Under the pieces are notes generated by a model, which saw only the letters and a list, made by a program, of their open reading frames with translations, had not been told where the DNA came from and did no database searches. Positions 50,183 through 59,605 of a stretch of DNA of 64,000 nucleotides are shown piece by piece (position 1 is the stretch's first letter; the number at the start of each line of letters is the position of its first letter). A program made the position numbers and the translations under genes. Source of the stretch: Gammaproteobacteria bacterium (lineage in GTDB: Bacteria; Pseudomonadota; Gammaproteobacteria; UBA4575); contig CBDEUS010000001.1 in NCBI GenBank assembly GCA_965243395.1, forward strand, positions 608,001 through 672,000, written 5' to 3'.

Positions 50183-51562
50183 ATGAAGAAAATGGCAGTA
50201 ATAAAAGCCAAGTGGATGAAAAGCATTGCTACATTAACGTGTGTATTGTTTGCTTCCGTAATTGGTTTCCAATCTACCGCAATGGCAGATGAGACATGTA
50301 TGTCGCCATACATGGCTAAAATTGTTGGTCAAGAAGATTATGTCTATGTTTGGACCCTAGGTGTTGAAGGCATGGGTGACGAGCAAGACAAACTCGTTAC
50401 CATTTCTGTAAATCCTGAAGCGGATACATACGGCAAAGTTGTAAATGTATTATCTGTAGGTGGGCGCAATGAAGCTCATCATTCAGGTTTAACGGATGAC
50501 CGCAAATATCTTTTTGCTGGTGGTTTAGATAGCAATAAGATTTTTATCTTTGATGTATACAGCAATCCAGCAAAACCTAAATTACACAAAGTTATTACTG
50601 ACTTTGTAGAACAAACAGGCGGAATGGTTGGACCTCACACTATGTATGCATTACCAGGTCGCATCATGGTAAGCGCACTTTCTAATAACGTTGATCATGG
50701 TGGTCGCACCGGACTAGCAGAATATACGAATGAAGGTGATTTTGTAGCTGCACACTGGATGCCTACTGACGAAGACCTTCGTGGTGCTGAAAAAGTGGGT
50801 AACGTAGCTGATGGCTATGGATATGATATACGTGCATTACCTCGACGAAATGTGATGGTGACTTCATCATTTACCGGATGGTCAAATTACATGATGGACT
50901 TTGGTCAAATGCTAGCGGACCCTGAAGCCATGAAGCGCTTTGGAAATACCGTTGTTGTTTGGGATTTGCACACACGCAAACCTAAAAAAGTATTTGAAGT
51001 TCCTGGTGCACCTTTAGAGATTCGTTGTGCATGGGGATCACAAAATAACTATTGCTTCACCACAACAGCACTTACTTCAAAAATCTGGTTGATTTATGAA
51101 GATGATGCCGGCGAATGGCAAGCTGCGGACGTGGGCGAAATAGGTGATCCTTCTAAAGTACCACTACCTGTAGACATTTCTATCACAGCAGATGATCAAG
51201 GCCTTTGGGTGCAAACTTTCATGGATGGTAAGACACGTTACTTTGATATCTCTGATCCACACGCTCCTAAGCAAACTTATGAGCACGTTATTGGATCTCA
51301 AGTGAATATGATTTCACAAAGCTGGGATGGAAAGCGTACTTACTTTACATCTTCTTTGCTTGGTAATTGGGATAAGACAGGTGAAGCTGATGAGCAGTAC
51401 TTCAAGCTATTTACTTGGAATGGTAAGAAGCTGTCACATGAGTTCACAGTAGATTTCTATGAGCTTAAGTTAGGTCGTGCGCATCAAATGCGTTTTGGCG
51501 CTTACTCATTGTACGGCCAAGCACCGAACTCTAAGGACAAAATGCTGTCTCAAGTTAAGTAA
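50183..51562 (+). CDS. mtoX: Methanethiol oxidase (selenium-binding protein SBP56 family), periplasmic
   Basis: Signal peptide then DETCMSPY; NEAHHSG, GPHTMY, SFTGWSNY and SQSWDGKR (candidate TTQ tryptophans), GRAHQM; followed by SCO and MauG-like genes as in described mtoX operons. Confidence 0.92.
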   Translation: MKKMAVIKAKWMKSIATLTCVLFASVIGFQSTAMADETCMSPYMAKIVGQEDYVYVWTLGVEGMGDEQDKLVTISVNPEADTYGKVVNVLSVGGRNEAHHSGLTDDRKYLFAGGLDSNKIFIFDVYSNPAKPKLHKVITDFVEQTGGMVGPHTMYALPGRIMVSALSNNVDHGGRTGLAEYTNEGDFVAAHWMPTDEDLRGAEKVGNVADGYGYDIRALPRRNVMVTSSFTGWSNYMMDFGQMLADPEAMKRFGNTVVVWDLHTRKPKKVFEVPGAPLEIRCAWGSQNNYCFTTTALTSKIWLIYEDDAGEWQAADVGEIGDPSKVPLPVDISITADDQGLWVQTFMDGKTRYFDISDPHAPKQTYEHVIGSQVNMISQSWDGKRTYFTSSLLGNWDKTGEADEQYFKLFTWNGKKLSHEFTVDFYELKLGRAHQMRFGAYSLYGQAPNSKDKMLSQVK

Positions 51563-51604
51563 GATAGGTGCGGTTACTAATGTAACGGCAAATTTAGTTA
51601 CTTA

Positions 51605-51640
51605 AACAAGGCCGCCCACTGAGGCGGCCTTGTTATTTTT
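51605..51640 (+). terminator. Terminator-like hairpin between mtoX and its maturation genes
   Basis: AACAAGGCCGCC-CACTGA-GGCGGCCTTGTT-ATTTTT. Confidence 0.75.
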
Positions 51641-51668
51641 GGAGACAGTAATACTTGTAATTTCATAG

Positions 51669-52427
51669 ATGAAAATTAAAAACATTAAAAACTTAATATA
51701 CATACTGATCATTTGCATGCTTATGTCATGTGATCGCACAATGGATGAAGATGCGCCATTGCCTGGCTCTCATGCAGCTGTTGCTGCTTCTGAGGTTCAA
51801 GTTGTCGCAGACGGCTGGGTGGCCGAACTTCCGTTTGAAGTACCACAACCTGGCACCTACACCCTCTCGAAAATTAACAAAGCAGCAGGTGGTATTGTAT
51901 TAGATGTCGATGGTCAGGAGTTTGACCTAGATAATTTATACGGGGACAAAATTGTACTACTTACTTTTATTTATAGTAGTTGCAAAGATCTAAACGGTTG
52001 TCCACTAGCAACTGCGGTTTTTTATAAAGTAAAAGAAAAGTTCAAAGATGATCCTAAGCTTGCAGACAAGATTCGATTAATTAGTGTAAGTTTTGACCCT
52101 GAGCATGATACACCGGAAGTTATGAAATTATATGGTGCTGGTTTTGAAGGAGGTCAACCAGAATGGCATTTCCTAACCACAACTTCTGAAGAAGCTCTAT
52201 TGCCGATTACAAGCAAGTTTGGTCAGATGGTGATAAAGCAATATGACGAATCAGGAAACTATACTGGCACTATGTCACATGTCTTGCGTGCATTTTTAAT
52301 TGATAAGAACAAAAATATCAGACAAGAGTACAGTGTTTCGTTTTTACATGATCAACTTGTTACTGCAGATATAAAAACTCTTTTAATCGAAGATGGGTTA
52401 TTAACCGCTGATGCAATAATTGAATGA
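51669..52427 (+). CDS. SCO-family lipoprotein (MtoX maturation)
   Basis: Lipobox-like LMSC; YSSCKDLNGCP, SFDPEHDTP, WHFLT, MSHVL. Confidence 0.88.
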   Translation: MKIKNIKNLIYILIICMLMSCDRTMDEDAPLPGSHAAVAASEVQVVADGWVAELPFEVPQPGTYTLSKINKAAGGIVLDVDGQEFDLDNLYGDKIVLLTFIYSSCKDLNGCPLATAVFYKVKEKFKDDPKLADKIRLISVSFDPEHDTPEVMKLYGAGFEGGQPEWHFLTTTSEEALLPITSKFGQMVIKQYDESGNYTGTMSHVLRAFLIDKNKNIRQEYSVSFLHDQLVTADIKTLLIEDGLLTADAIIE

Positions 52428-53782
52428 ACGATAAACGGAGAAAAATTTTATATTCTGTGAACGCCGGTCTGTTATTTGGTGTTCTAGTTTTGTTACTTGC
52501 TTCTAATTATCTTTACAGTTCTACCGAAAAAGAACCTGTTTCAGATGCGAATAGCAATAAACATATATTTGGGCCCGGAGATAACAAGGAGGGTTATGAC
52601 TCTATAGATTACACAACGAATACATTAGATTTGCAGAGGCGTATTGGCAAAGAAGCCGATCTTATGGAATTCGTTGATAATCCGCCATTAGGCTTGCCTG
52701 TTGTTCCAGTCCCTGACGATAACCCTATAACGAAAGAGAAGATTTTATTAGGTAGAAAGTTATTTTTTGATCGTCGACTTTCCATTAATGACACTTTTTC
52801 TTGTGCAATTTGCCATATACCTGAACAAGGTTTTACTAATAATGAAATTCAAACAGCCGTAGGGGTTGAAGGCCGATCTGGTAAACGCAATTCTCCGACC
52901 GTATATAACACTGCATATTTAGAAAAGATTTTTCACGATGGTAGGGAATCAACATTAGAACAGCAGGTTTGGGCGCCTCTATTAGCACATAATGAGATGG
53001 CGAATCCTTCAATTGGTTATGTGATAAATAAAATTAAAGCCATTCCAGACTATGATGGTTTATTTGAAAGTGCATTTAATGGTCGAGGCCCCACGATGGA
53101 AACAGTTGGAATGGCATTGGCTGATTATCAACGAGCCTTAAACTCTGCGGACTCTCCATTTGATCGGTGGTATTTCGGTAAACAAGAAGATGCGGTAAGT
53201 GAACAAGTAAAACGTGGATTTGAAATTTTCAGCGGAAAAGGGCAGTGCACAACTTGTCATTTGGTGCATGAGGATTATGCACTCTTTACAGATCATGAGT
53301 TGCATAACACGGGCTTAGGATATTTAGCATCTATGGGCACAACTTCTGAAACTACACGTGTGCAGTTAGCGCCCGGTATTTTTGCAGATGTAGATAATGA
53401 AATTATCGAGAGAGTATCAAGACCTAAAGAAAATGATTTAGGTCGGTATGAAGTTACAGAGAATCCTCATGACCGTTGGAAATTTCGTACACCACAGCTC
53501 AGGAATGTGGCTTTAACTTCTCCTTACATGCATGATGGGTCGATGCAAACGTTGCGTGAAGTTATGGAATTTTATAATCAAGGTGGCATACCAAATGAAA
53601 TATTAAGTCCATTGATTAAACCACTTGGTTTGACGAATGAAGAGATGGATGACGTAGTCGCATTTATGGAATCTCTTACAGGCAGTAATGTAGCAATTTT
53701 GGTTGCGGATGCTTTTGCAGCACCAATCGGTGATATCAGCGCGGATGATCCAAATTGGGCACATGAAAACAAAATAAAGTAG
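52424..53782 (+). CDS. MauG/di-heme cytochrome c peroxidase family (putative TTQ maturase)
   Basis: LFFDRRLS, CAICH, RNSPTVYN, CTTCH, FRTPQLRNV, PYMHDG. Confidence 0.9.
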   Translation: MNDKRRKILYSVNAGLLFGVLVLLLASNYLYSSTEKEPVSDANSNKHIFGPGDNKEGYDSIDYTTNTLDLQRRIGKEADLMEFVDNPPLGLPVVPVPDDNPITKEKILLGRKLFFDRRLSINDTFSCAICHIPEQGFTNNEIQTAVGVEGRSGKRNSPTVYNTAYLEKIFHDGRESTLEQQVWAPLLAHNEMANPSIGYVINKIKAIPDYDGLFESAFNGRGPTMETVGMALADYQRALNSADSPFDRWYFGKQEDAVSEQVKRGFEIFSGKGQCTTCHLVHEDYALFTDHELHNTGLGYLASMGTTSETTRVQLAPGIFADVDNEIIERVSRPKENDLGRYEVTENPHDRWKFRTPQLRNVALTSPYMHDGSMQTLREVMEFYNQGGIPNEILSPLIKPLGLTNEEMDDVVAFMESLTGSNVAILVADAFAAPIGDISADDPNWAHENKIK

Positions 53783-53842
53783 CATGCTTGACTCTCCAAG
53801 AATCCCAGGGTACATGATAATAAAATCAAGTGATGTAAAAAC

Positions 53843-54418
53843 ATGAAAAATTATCCACATAATTTAATTTTCTGTTTCGTAATTAATTTAGTGTTTATGC
53901 TCCCATTGAGTGCAGACGATGGACGTTTAATGGATTCTTATCCACCAAATGTGAGTGCAGAGAATTTTGAATTACCAGATTTAAATGGTGATCAGCATCA
54001 ATTAGAAGAATTTCGCGGAAAATATGTTTTAGTCAATTTTTGGGCCATGTCCTGCAATGTGTGTAAAAGCGAAATGACGACATTACAAAGCGCTTATGAG
54101 TTACTGGGAAGCGATAATATTGCAATCATCTCTATCCACGCAGGCACAAATTACGATGGGGTTGATGAGGTATTGAAAATTAACAATGTCACTTATACTG
54201 TGCTGCTTGATATAGATTTAGAATTAGGAGCGTGGGGTATACCTATACTACCCACCACTTTTATAGTAAGTCCTGAAGGCGATATTCGATACAGAGCGGT
54301 TGGCACACGCGTATGGAATTCACCATTCATGATTGATTTTATCCAAAACTTACTTGATAGTGATGAATCACAATATTCTTCGCCGCAAGCTTCATGGAAT
54401 GACCGAACTTATCTTTAG
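53843..54418 (+). CDS. TlpA-like thioredoxin
   Basis: VNFWAMSCNVC..EM, LPTTF. Confidence 0.85.
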   Translation: MKNYPHNLIFCFVINLVFMLPLSADDGRLMDSYPPNVSAENFELPDLNGDQHQLEEFRGKYVLVNFWAMSCNVCKSEMTTLQSAYELLGSDNIAIISIHAGTNYDGVDEVLKINNVTYTVLLDIDLELGAWGIPILPTTFIVSPEGDIRYRAVGTRVWNSPFMIDFIQNLLDSDESQYSSPQASWNDRTYL

Positions 54419-54470
54419 GGAGCTTATCTAAGCCTTGTTCAATCTTGTAAATGTGGAAAATAGAAGCTTA

Positions 54471-55109
54471 ATGTACAGATCGTTATTTGTTGTTATATAT
54501 TTTTTAGCGGTAGGCAGCCATGTATGGGCTGGTGGTTTAATGGACCCAATTAGTGGCAAACCTAAATCAGCTGGTTTTAACCTGGAAGATACGAAGGGAA
54601 GCAAAGTCAGCTTAGACGACTATCGTGGGAAATTTGTTCTACTCAATTTCTGGGCAACTTGGTGTGCGCCATGTCGTAAAGAAATGCCAGCAATGAGCAA
54701 TCTGCACGATGAATTTAATGGCGAGAGTTTAGAAGTCGTAGGAGTTCATGTAGGGCCCAGTTTGGCGGGCGTAAAAAAATTCTTAGAGGCTGTGCCTGTC
54801 TCATTTACTATTTTAATTGATAAAGATATGAGTTTAGCTAATTGGGGTGTGCAAGGCCTGCCTACTACTTTCTTAATTAATCCTGAAGGCAAACTAGTAT
54901 ATAAAGCAGTTGGAGAGCGTGAATGGGATTCTCCCGAAATGGTTTCTTTTTTAAAAAATATGGTAGCTAAGTACGAGCGTATGGCCGATAGTGATCAACC
55001 CGTTGAAGAATATATTCCTAAAAAGAAATCATTCTTCGCAAACTTTATGGAAAAAACATTTGGTTGGTCTAATGATCAGTGTGATACGACGAATTTAGTT
55101 CCTAATTAA
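54471..55109 (+). CDS. TlpA-like thioredoxin
   Basis: LNFWATWCAPCRKEMP, GLPTTFLI, GEREW; start is ATG 54471 or TTG 54435. Confidence 0.9.
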   Translation: MYRSLFVVIYFLAVGSHVWAGGLMDPISGKPKSAGFNLEDTKGSKVSLDDYRGKFVLLNFWATWCAPCRKEMPAMSNLHDEFNGESLEVVGVHVGPSLAGVKKFLEAVPVSFTILIDKDMSLANWGVQGLPTTFLINPEGKLVYKAVGEREWDSPEMVSFLKNMVAKYERMADSDQPVEEYIPKKKSFFANFMEKTFGWSNDQCDTTNLVPN

Positions 55110-55112
55110 AAA

Positions 55113-55403
55113 ATGTTTAATCGCTCAGCTTTTGCTGAATATGTTATTGAATATATTTCTGAATACTTCCCAGATGCAAATATTGAAGAATGGGAACATG
55201 AAAAAAATGAGTCTTTAAACTTTAATGTTGTCGAAAATGAAACAACATACATTTTACGAGTAATGGATGAATGTTTGCTTGATATTGAAGTAAATGAAGT
55301 TAAGGAATTATTAACGAGTTACAATGTAGCGCAGGTAATGCGTGATATTAGAGATTTTCCTATTGTAGTAACGAATTCCGGATGTATATTCGGCTCTCCT
55401 TAA
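55113..55403 (+). CDS. Acidic hypothetical protein
   Basis: 96-aa ORF 3 nt after the TlpA gene; no family recognised. Confidence 0.6.
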   Translation: MFNRSAFAEYVIEYISEYFPDANIEEWEHEKNESLNFNVVENETTYILRVMDECLLDIEVNEVKELLTSYNVAQVMRDIRDFPIVVTNSGCIFGSP

Positions 55404-55500
55404 ATTGCGAGATTATTTACCCCAATTCTTTGTTGGCTGAAAGGTATTCCTTTAGCCTTACATTTCCGCCATCCTTGGCGGTCATAATAAAAAATTAAAC

Positions 55501-55773
55501 CTATTCGGAAGTTGTGGGATCTATCATTCCTCTAACTTGTGAAATTTTATTTGCAGGGAAACCACCTTCTTCTGCGTGTTTGCGAATTTCATCTTCATTT
55601 GGGGCAATATATGTGCAATACACTTTGTCATCCGTTACAACACTCTCTACCCATTGAATCTGTGGGCCCATATTATTCAGAATGCTACAAGATTTTTGTG
55701 AAATTCCTTGTAGCTCTGCAGCGGTCAAATTACCGGCGCCTGGTATTTCACGTTCAATAATATATTTTGGCAT
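55501..55773 (-). CDS. DUF4242-family protein
   Basis: MPKYIIER.IPG, W.ESVV..DKVYC.Y.AP, HA..GGFPA; AGGAG RBS. Confidence 0.88.
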   Translation of the reverse strand: MPKYIIEREIPGAGNLTAAELQGISQKSCSILNNMGPQIQWVESVVTDDKVYCTYIAPNEDEIRKHAEEGGFPANKISQVRGMIDPTTSE

Positions 55774-56117
55774 GTCGGGGTCTCCTGGACGTTAATCGTT
55801 ATTATGTAATTTTTAAAAATTAGTGTATCGAATTTTGGCCTATACACGCTAGCCATTAACTTGTTGATAGTGCTTATTTATTGCTCAGCTAACTGACTAT
55901 TATGGCAGCTTACTAAGCCTAAAGCGGGTGTATAATTTGCAAAATATGCTAACATTCTATCCCTGCAGAGTTAGCACACACTACCTCATCACATTAAATA
56001 TGGGGTAGATACTGGCAGGTTCCACCAATAATCATGTCTGATAGGTGGTATCGGTTCGAATCTATTTTCTCTCGCTTTAATAAATTTGATTACTTTATGA
56101 ATTTAAAGGAATTTTAA

Positions 56118-56462
56118 ATGGCGGAGACCATGATACTAGTTCCCGGTAGATCCCAAAGCCAAGGAACCTCACTGAATGAAGGCAAACTCAAAGATGAGTA
56201 TAAGAAGGTCACTTCTACGGCTGAGTTGAATGAAAAAGACATGAAGCGACTCAAATTAAAGGATGGCGATAAGATTCGTTTGAAGTCCGATGTTGGGCAG
56301 ACAGTGGTGACTTGCAAAAGCAAAAAAGATGAGGACCTACCGACGGGAATGATATTTATTCCATATGGACCACCATCCAGTGAGCTAATGGCCGCTGATA
56401 CAGCGGGTAGTGGAATGCCTCTGTCAAAACATATGGAAGTTACTGTCACAAAGGCAAGGTAA
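56118..56462 (+). CDS. fwdD: Formylmethanofuran dehydrogenase subunit D (molybdopterin dinucleotide-binding)
   Basis: PGRSQSQG, GMIFIPYGP, DTAGSGMPLSK; AAGGA RBS. Confidence 0.88.
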   Translation: MAETMILVPGRSQSQGTSLNEGKLKDEYKKVTSTAELNEKDMKRLKLKDGDKIRLKSDVGQTVVTCKSKKDEDLPTGMIFIPYGPPSSELMAADTAGSGMPLSKHMEVTVTKAR

Positions 56463-56494
56463 ATTTTTCAAAGCAACTATTTGGAATTCTTGAT

Positions 56495-57868
56495 ATGAGT
56501 GAAACAGCACCAGCGAAAGCACCCGTAAAATCTAAAGAAGAAAATAAAAATATAAAAATTGTTAAAGATGCAACGTGCACTTTTTGTGGTTGTGTTTGTG
56601 ATGATATGGAACTTACGGTAGATCTTGATCAGCATAAAATAACCAAAGCAAAAAAAGCATGTGTGCTAGGTCGAGCATGGTTTTATGAACATACACTAGA
56701 TACTCGACCAGAAGTTTTAATCGATGGCAAAAAAGCTAGTTTTGAGGATGGCGTTGAGGCTGCGGCAAAAATATTAGTTGATGCCAAGTTCCCAATTACT
56801 TATGGCATGAGTGACTCAACGTGTGAAGCACAACGTGTCACTGTAGATATTATGGATACGATTAATGGCAATGTTGATACCACTACTTCAGTTTGTCATG
56901 GCCCATCAGGTATGGCGTTTCAGGGAGTAGGAGAGAGTACTGCTACACTTGGTGAAATTAAAAATCGTGCAGACCTCGTGATCTACTGGGGCGGAAACCC
57001 TGCTGAATCACATCCGCGCCACTTCACTCGCTATGCGGTAACACCTAAAGGGATGTACATTCCAAATGGAAAGAAAGATCGTACTGTAGTGTTATTCGAT
57101 GTGCGTAAAACACCAAGCACACCTGTTGCAGATATTTTCGTGCAAGTTAAACCCGGGAAAGATTTTGAAGTTTTGTGGGCACTGCGCGCGCTTGTTAAAG
57201 GTAAAAAAATCAGTGCAGATATTGAAGAACAAACAGGCGTATCACGTGAAGTGCTGGACGATTTAGTTGATCGCATGAAGAATTGTCAGTTTGGCGTATT
57301 GTTCTTTGGTATGGGTCTTACTATGACAAGAGGCCGTCATTTTAATTCTGGTGCATTATTGTCGCTTGCAGCAGATCTTAATGAATATACTCATTTTGTT
57401 GCCAAGCCAGTACGTGGTCACGGTAATGTAACCGGTGCAGATAATGTTGTTTCATGGCAAACAGGCTATCCGTTTGGTGTGAACTTTAATCGTGGTTATC
57501 CACGTTTTAATCCCGGAGAGTTTACTACTACAGACTTGTTATCAAGAGGTGAGGCTGATGCGGCGATGATAATTGCATCAGACCCTGCATCAAACTTTCC
57601 TAAAGCAGCTATTGAGCATCTGAAAAAAATTCCAATTATTTCATTAGATACTAAAGATACTGTCACCAGCAGTATTGCTAAAGTGCGGTTTGCGGTTTCG
57701 ACTTACGGAATTAACACCGGTGGAACAGTGTACAGAATGGATGATGTCCCTATTTCATTACGACCTGCATTTGAATCGACGTATCCGTCTGACCAGGAAG
57801 TATTGGAAGCAATACGTAAGCGGGTTAAACAAATGCTTAAGGGGGATAAGGCGCGCGTTGCAGCTTAG
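56495..57868 (+). CDS. fwdB: Formylmethanofuran dehydrogenase catalytic subunit B (Mo/W)
   Basis: CTFCGCVCDD..ACVLG 4Fe-4S ligands; TTSVCHGP metal-ligand Cys/His; TLGEIKNRAD, WGGNPAESHPRH, RGHGNV, WQTGYPF, YRMD. Confidence 0.93.
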   Translation: MSETAPAKAPVKSKEENKNIKIVKDATCTFCGCVCDDMELTVDLDQHKITKAKKACVLGRAWFYEHTLDTRPEVLIDGKKASFEDGVEAAAKILVDAKFPITYGMSDSTCEAQRVTVDIMDTINGNVDTTTSVCHGPSGMAFQGVGESTATLGEIKNRADLVIYWGGNPAESHPRHFTRYAVTPKGMYIPNGKKDRTVVLFDVRKTPSTPVADIFVQVKPGKDFEVLWALRALVKGKKISADIEEQTGVSREVLDDLVDRMKNCQFGVLFFGMGLTMTRGRHFNSGALLSLAADLNEYTHFVAKPVRGHGNVTGADNVVSWQTGYPFGVNFNRGYPRFNPGEFTTTDLLSRGEADAAMIIASDPASNFPKAAIEHLKKIPIISLDTKDTVTSSIAKVRFAVSTYGINTGGTVYRMDDVPISLRPAFESTYPSDQEVLEAIRKRVKQMLKGDKARVAA

Positions 57869-57947
57869 TATACAAGTCAAATTAATTATAAATATAGTCT
57901 TAAAAATGGTGTGATGATGCTGTGTTTTGAGACTTAAGAATAAAAAT

Positions 57948-59594
57948 ATGTCTTCAGAATTAAAAATAGTGAATGGTCGAGTCTACGACCCCGCAAATAA
58001 TATTGATGGAAAAGTTCAAGACGTCTATGTAAAGGACGGCAAGATCGTAGACTCTGTTTCAGGCTCGGCTAGCAAAATAGATGCTCACGGTATGGTGGTG
58101 ATGCCGGGTGCGGTAGATATTCATTGTCATATTGCGGGCGCAAAAGTAAATTTAGCTCGAAAGCTACAGCCCGAAGATCATCGTTTAGATGCACATCCAA
58201 AAACAGCAATCACTCGTTCAGGTACCGGGGGGATTGTGCCTTCAACATTTGCGACAGGTTATCGCTATGCAACCATGGGTTATACAACTGCGATGGAAGC
58301 AGCCGTCCCACCTATTTCTGCTAGACACACATTAGAAGAGTTAGATGACACACCTGTTATTGATAAAGGGTTTTACGTTTTACTTGGAAACAATGCATTT
58401 TTATATAAGCTGCTAAAAGAAGAACGAAAAAATGAGTTTAAAGAAGCGATAGCATGGTGGATTAATTCAGTACATGCGCACACTCTTAAACTAGTGAATG
58501 TTGGTAGTGACGAATTATGGAAAGGCCGCAAGAATGCCAATATCACTAATGTTAATGAGAAAATTGATCACTACGAAATCACACCTAATCATGTGATTGA
58601 AAGTTTTATTGAAGCAGCTCACGAACTGGGTTTGCCGCATCCTCCCCATGTGCATTGCAACAACTTAGGGCACAGTGGGAATATCAGTACTACATTGGAT
58701 ACCATGAAAGCCGCACAAGGTCGCCGTGTACATATGGCGCATATTCAATTTCACAGTTTAGGTGGCGAGCTTAATAAAAACCCTATATCAGGCGTTAAAG
58801 AAATCATTGATTATGTGAACGATAACGAAAACATTACATGTGATGTGGGCCAAGTCATGTTTGGTAAAGCAACTGCTATGACAGCCGATGCACCGTTGGC
58901 GTGGATGCTTCGAAACGTAAAGCCTGCAAAATGGGTCAATGCAGATACGGAATGTGAAAGCGGCTGTGGAATTATTCCTTTTTCATATCAAGAAAGCGTT
59001 TACACACATGCTTTGCAGTGGGCAATGGGTTTAGAATTATTTTTGCAATCAAAAGATCCTTGGCGTGTGTTGCTATCAACGGATCATCCGAACGGCGGCT
59101 CTTTTATGAGTTATCCTAAACTCATCAAATTGTTAATGGATAGTGGTTATCGAAAAGAAGCATTGCAACGTGTCAATCAAAAAGCAATTAATGCAACATG
59201 TTTAAAAGACCTTGAGCGCGAATACACATTATATGAAATTGCAATCATTACTCGAGCTGGCCCTGCACGAGCACTGGGGTTAACAAGTAAGGGGCATTTA
59301 GGTAATGGCGCAGATGCTGACATAACAATTTATACTGAAGAAGATGACAAAGAGGCGATGTTTAATGCGCCGCGTTATGTAATTAAAGATGGCGTCACGG
59401 TAATTAAAGATCATGAATTCGCGACAGATCACAAGGGAAAACTATTGCATTCAAAGCCCGGGTATAACGAAGATATAGCGGGAGAAATTGAACCATTCTT
59501 TGAAGATTATTATTCGGTTAAGTTTAGTAACTATGCTATTGGGGAAGAATATCTACATAAACACGAAGTCGTTCCAGTGATCCCGAAAGCATAA
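57948..59594 (+). CDS. fwdA: Formylmethanofuran dehydrogenase subunit A (amidohydrolase)
   Basis: DIHCHIAG, LKLVN, HVHCNNLG, HIQFHS, STDHPNG, ITRAGPARALG; likely start ATG 57948. Confidence 0.93.
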   Translation: MSSELKIVNGRVYDPANNIDGKVQDVYVKDGKIVDSVSGSASKIDAHGMVVMPGAVDIHCHIAGAKVNLARKLQPEDHRLDAHPKTAITRSGTGGIVPSTFATGYRYATMGYTTAMEAAVPPISARHTLEELDDTPVIDKGFYVLLGNNAFLYKLLKEERKNEFKEAIAWWINSVHAHTLKLVNVGSDELWKGRKNANITNVNEKIDHYEITPNHVIESFIEAAHELGLPHPPHVHCNNLGHSGNISTTLDTMKAAQGRRVHMAHIQFHSLGGELNKNPISGVKEIIDYVNDNENITCDVGQVMFGKATAMTADAPLAWMLRNVKPAKWVNADTECESGCGIIPFSYQESVYTHALQWAMGLELFLQSKDPWRVLLSTDHPNGGSFMSYPKLIKLLMDSGYRKEALQRVNQKAINATCLKDLEREYTLYEIAIITRAGPARALGLTSKGHLGNGADADITIYTEEDDKEAMFNAPRYVIKDGVTVIKDHEFATDHKGKLLHSKPGYNEDIAGEIEPFFEDYYSVKFSNYAIGEEYLHKHEVVPVIPKA

Positions 59595-59605
59595 GTTGTA
59601 ATTAG

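Noticed and set aside
56005-56065. ZTP (pfl) riboswitch, Moco RNA or tRNA remnant in the fwdD leader
   Set aside because: ACTGGC and CCACC are present but the CGCCTGGGC 3' element of ZTP is missing; no Moco consensus; GGTTCGAATC has no cloverleaf around it. Kept only as an unclassified leader.
56860-56910. Selenocysteine at the metal-ligand site of FwdB (and of FDH alpha)
   Set aside because: Both ligand codons are TGT (Cys) in uninterrupted frames; no in-frame TGA.
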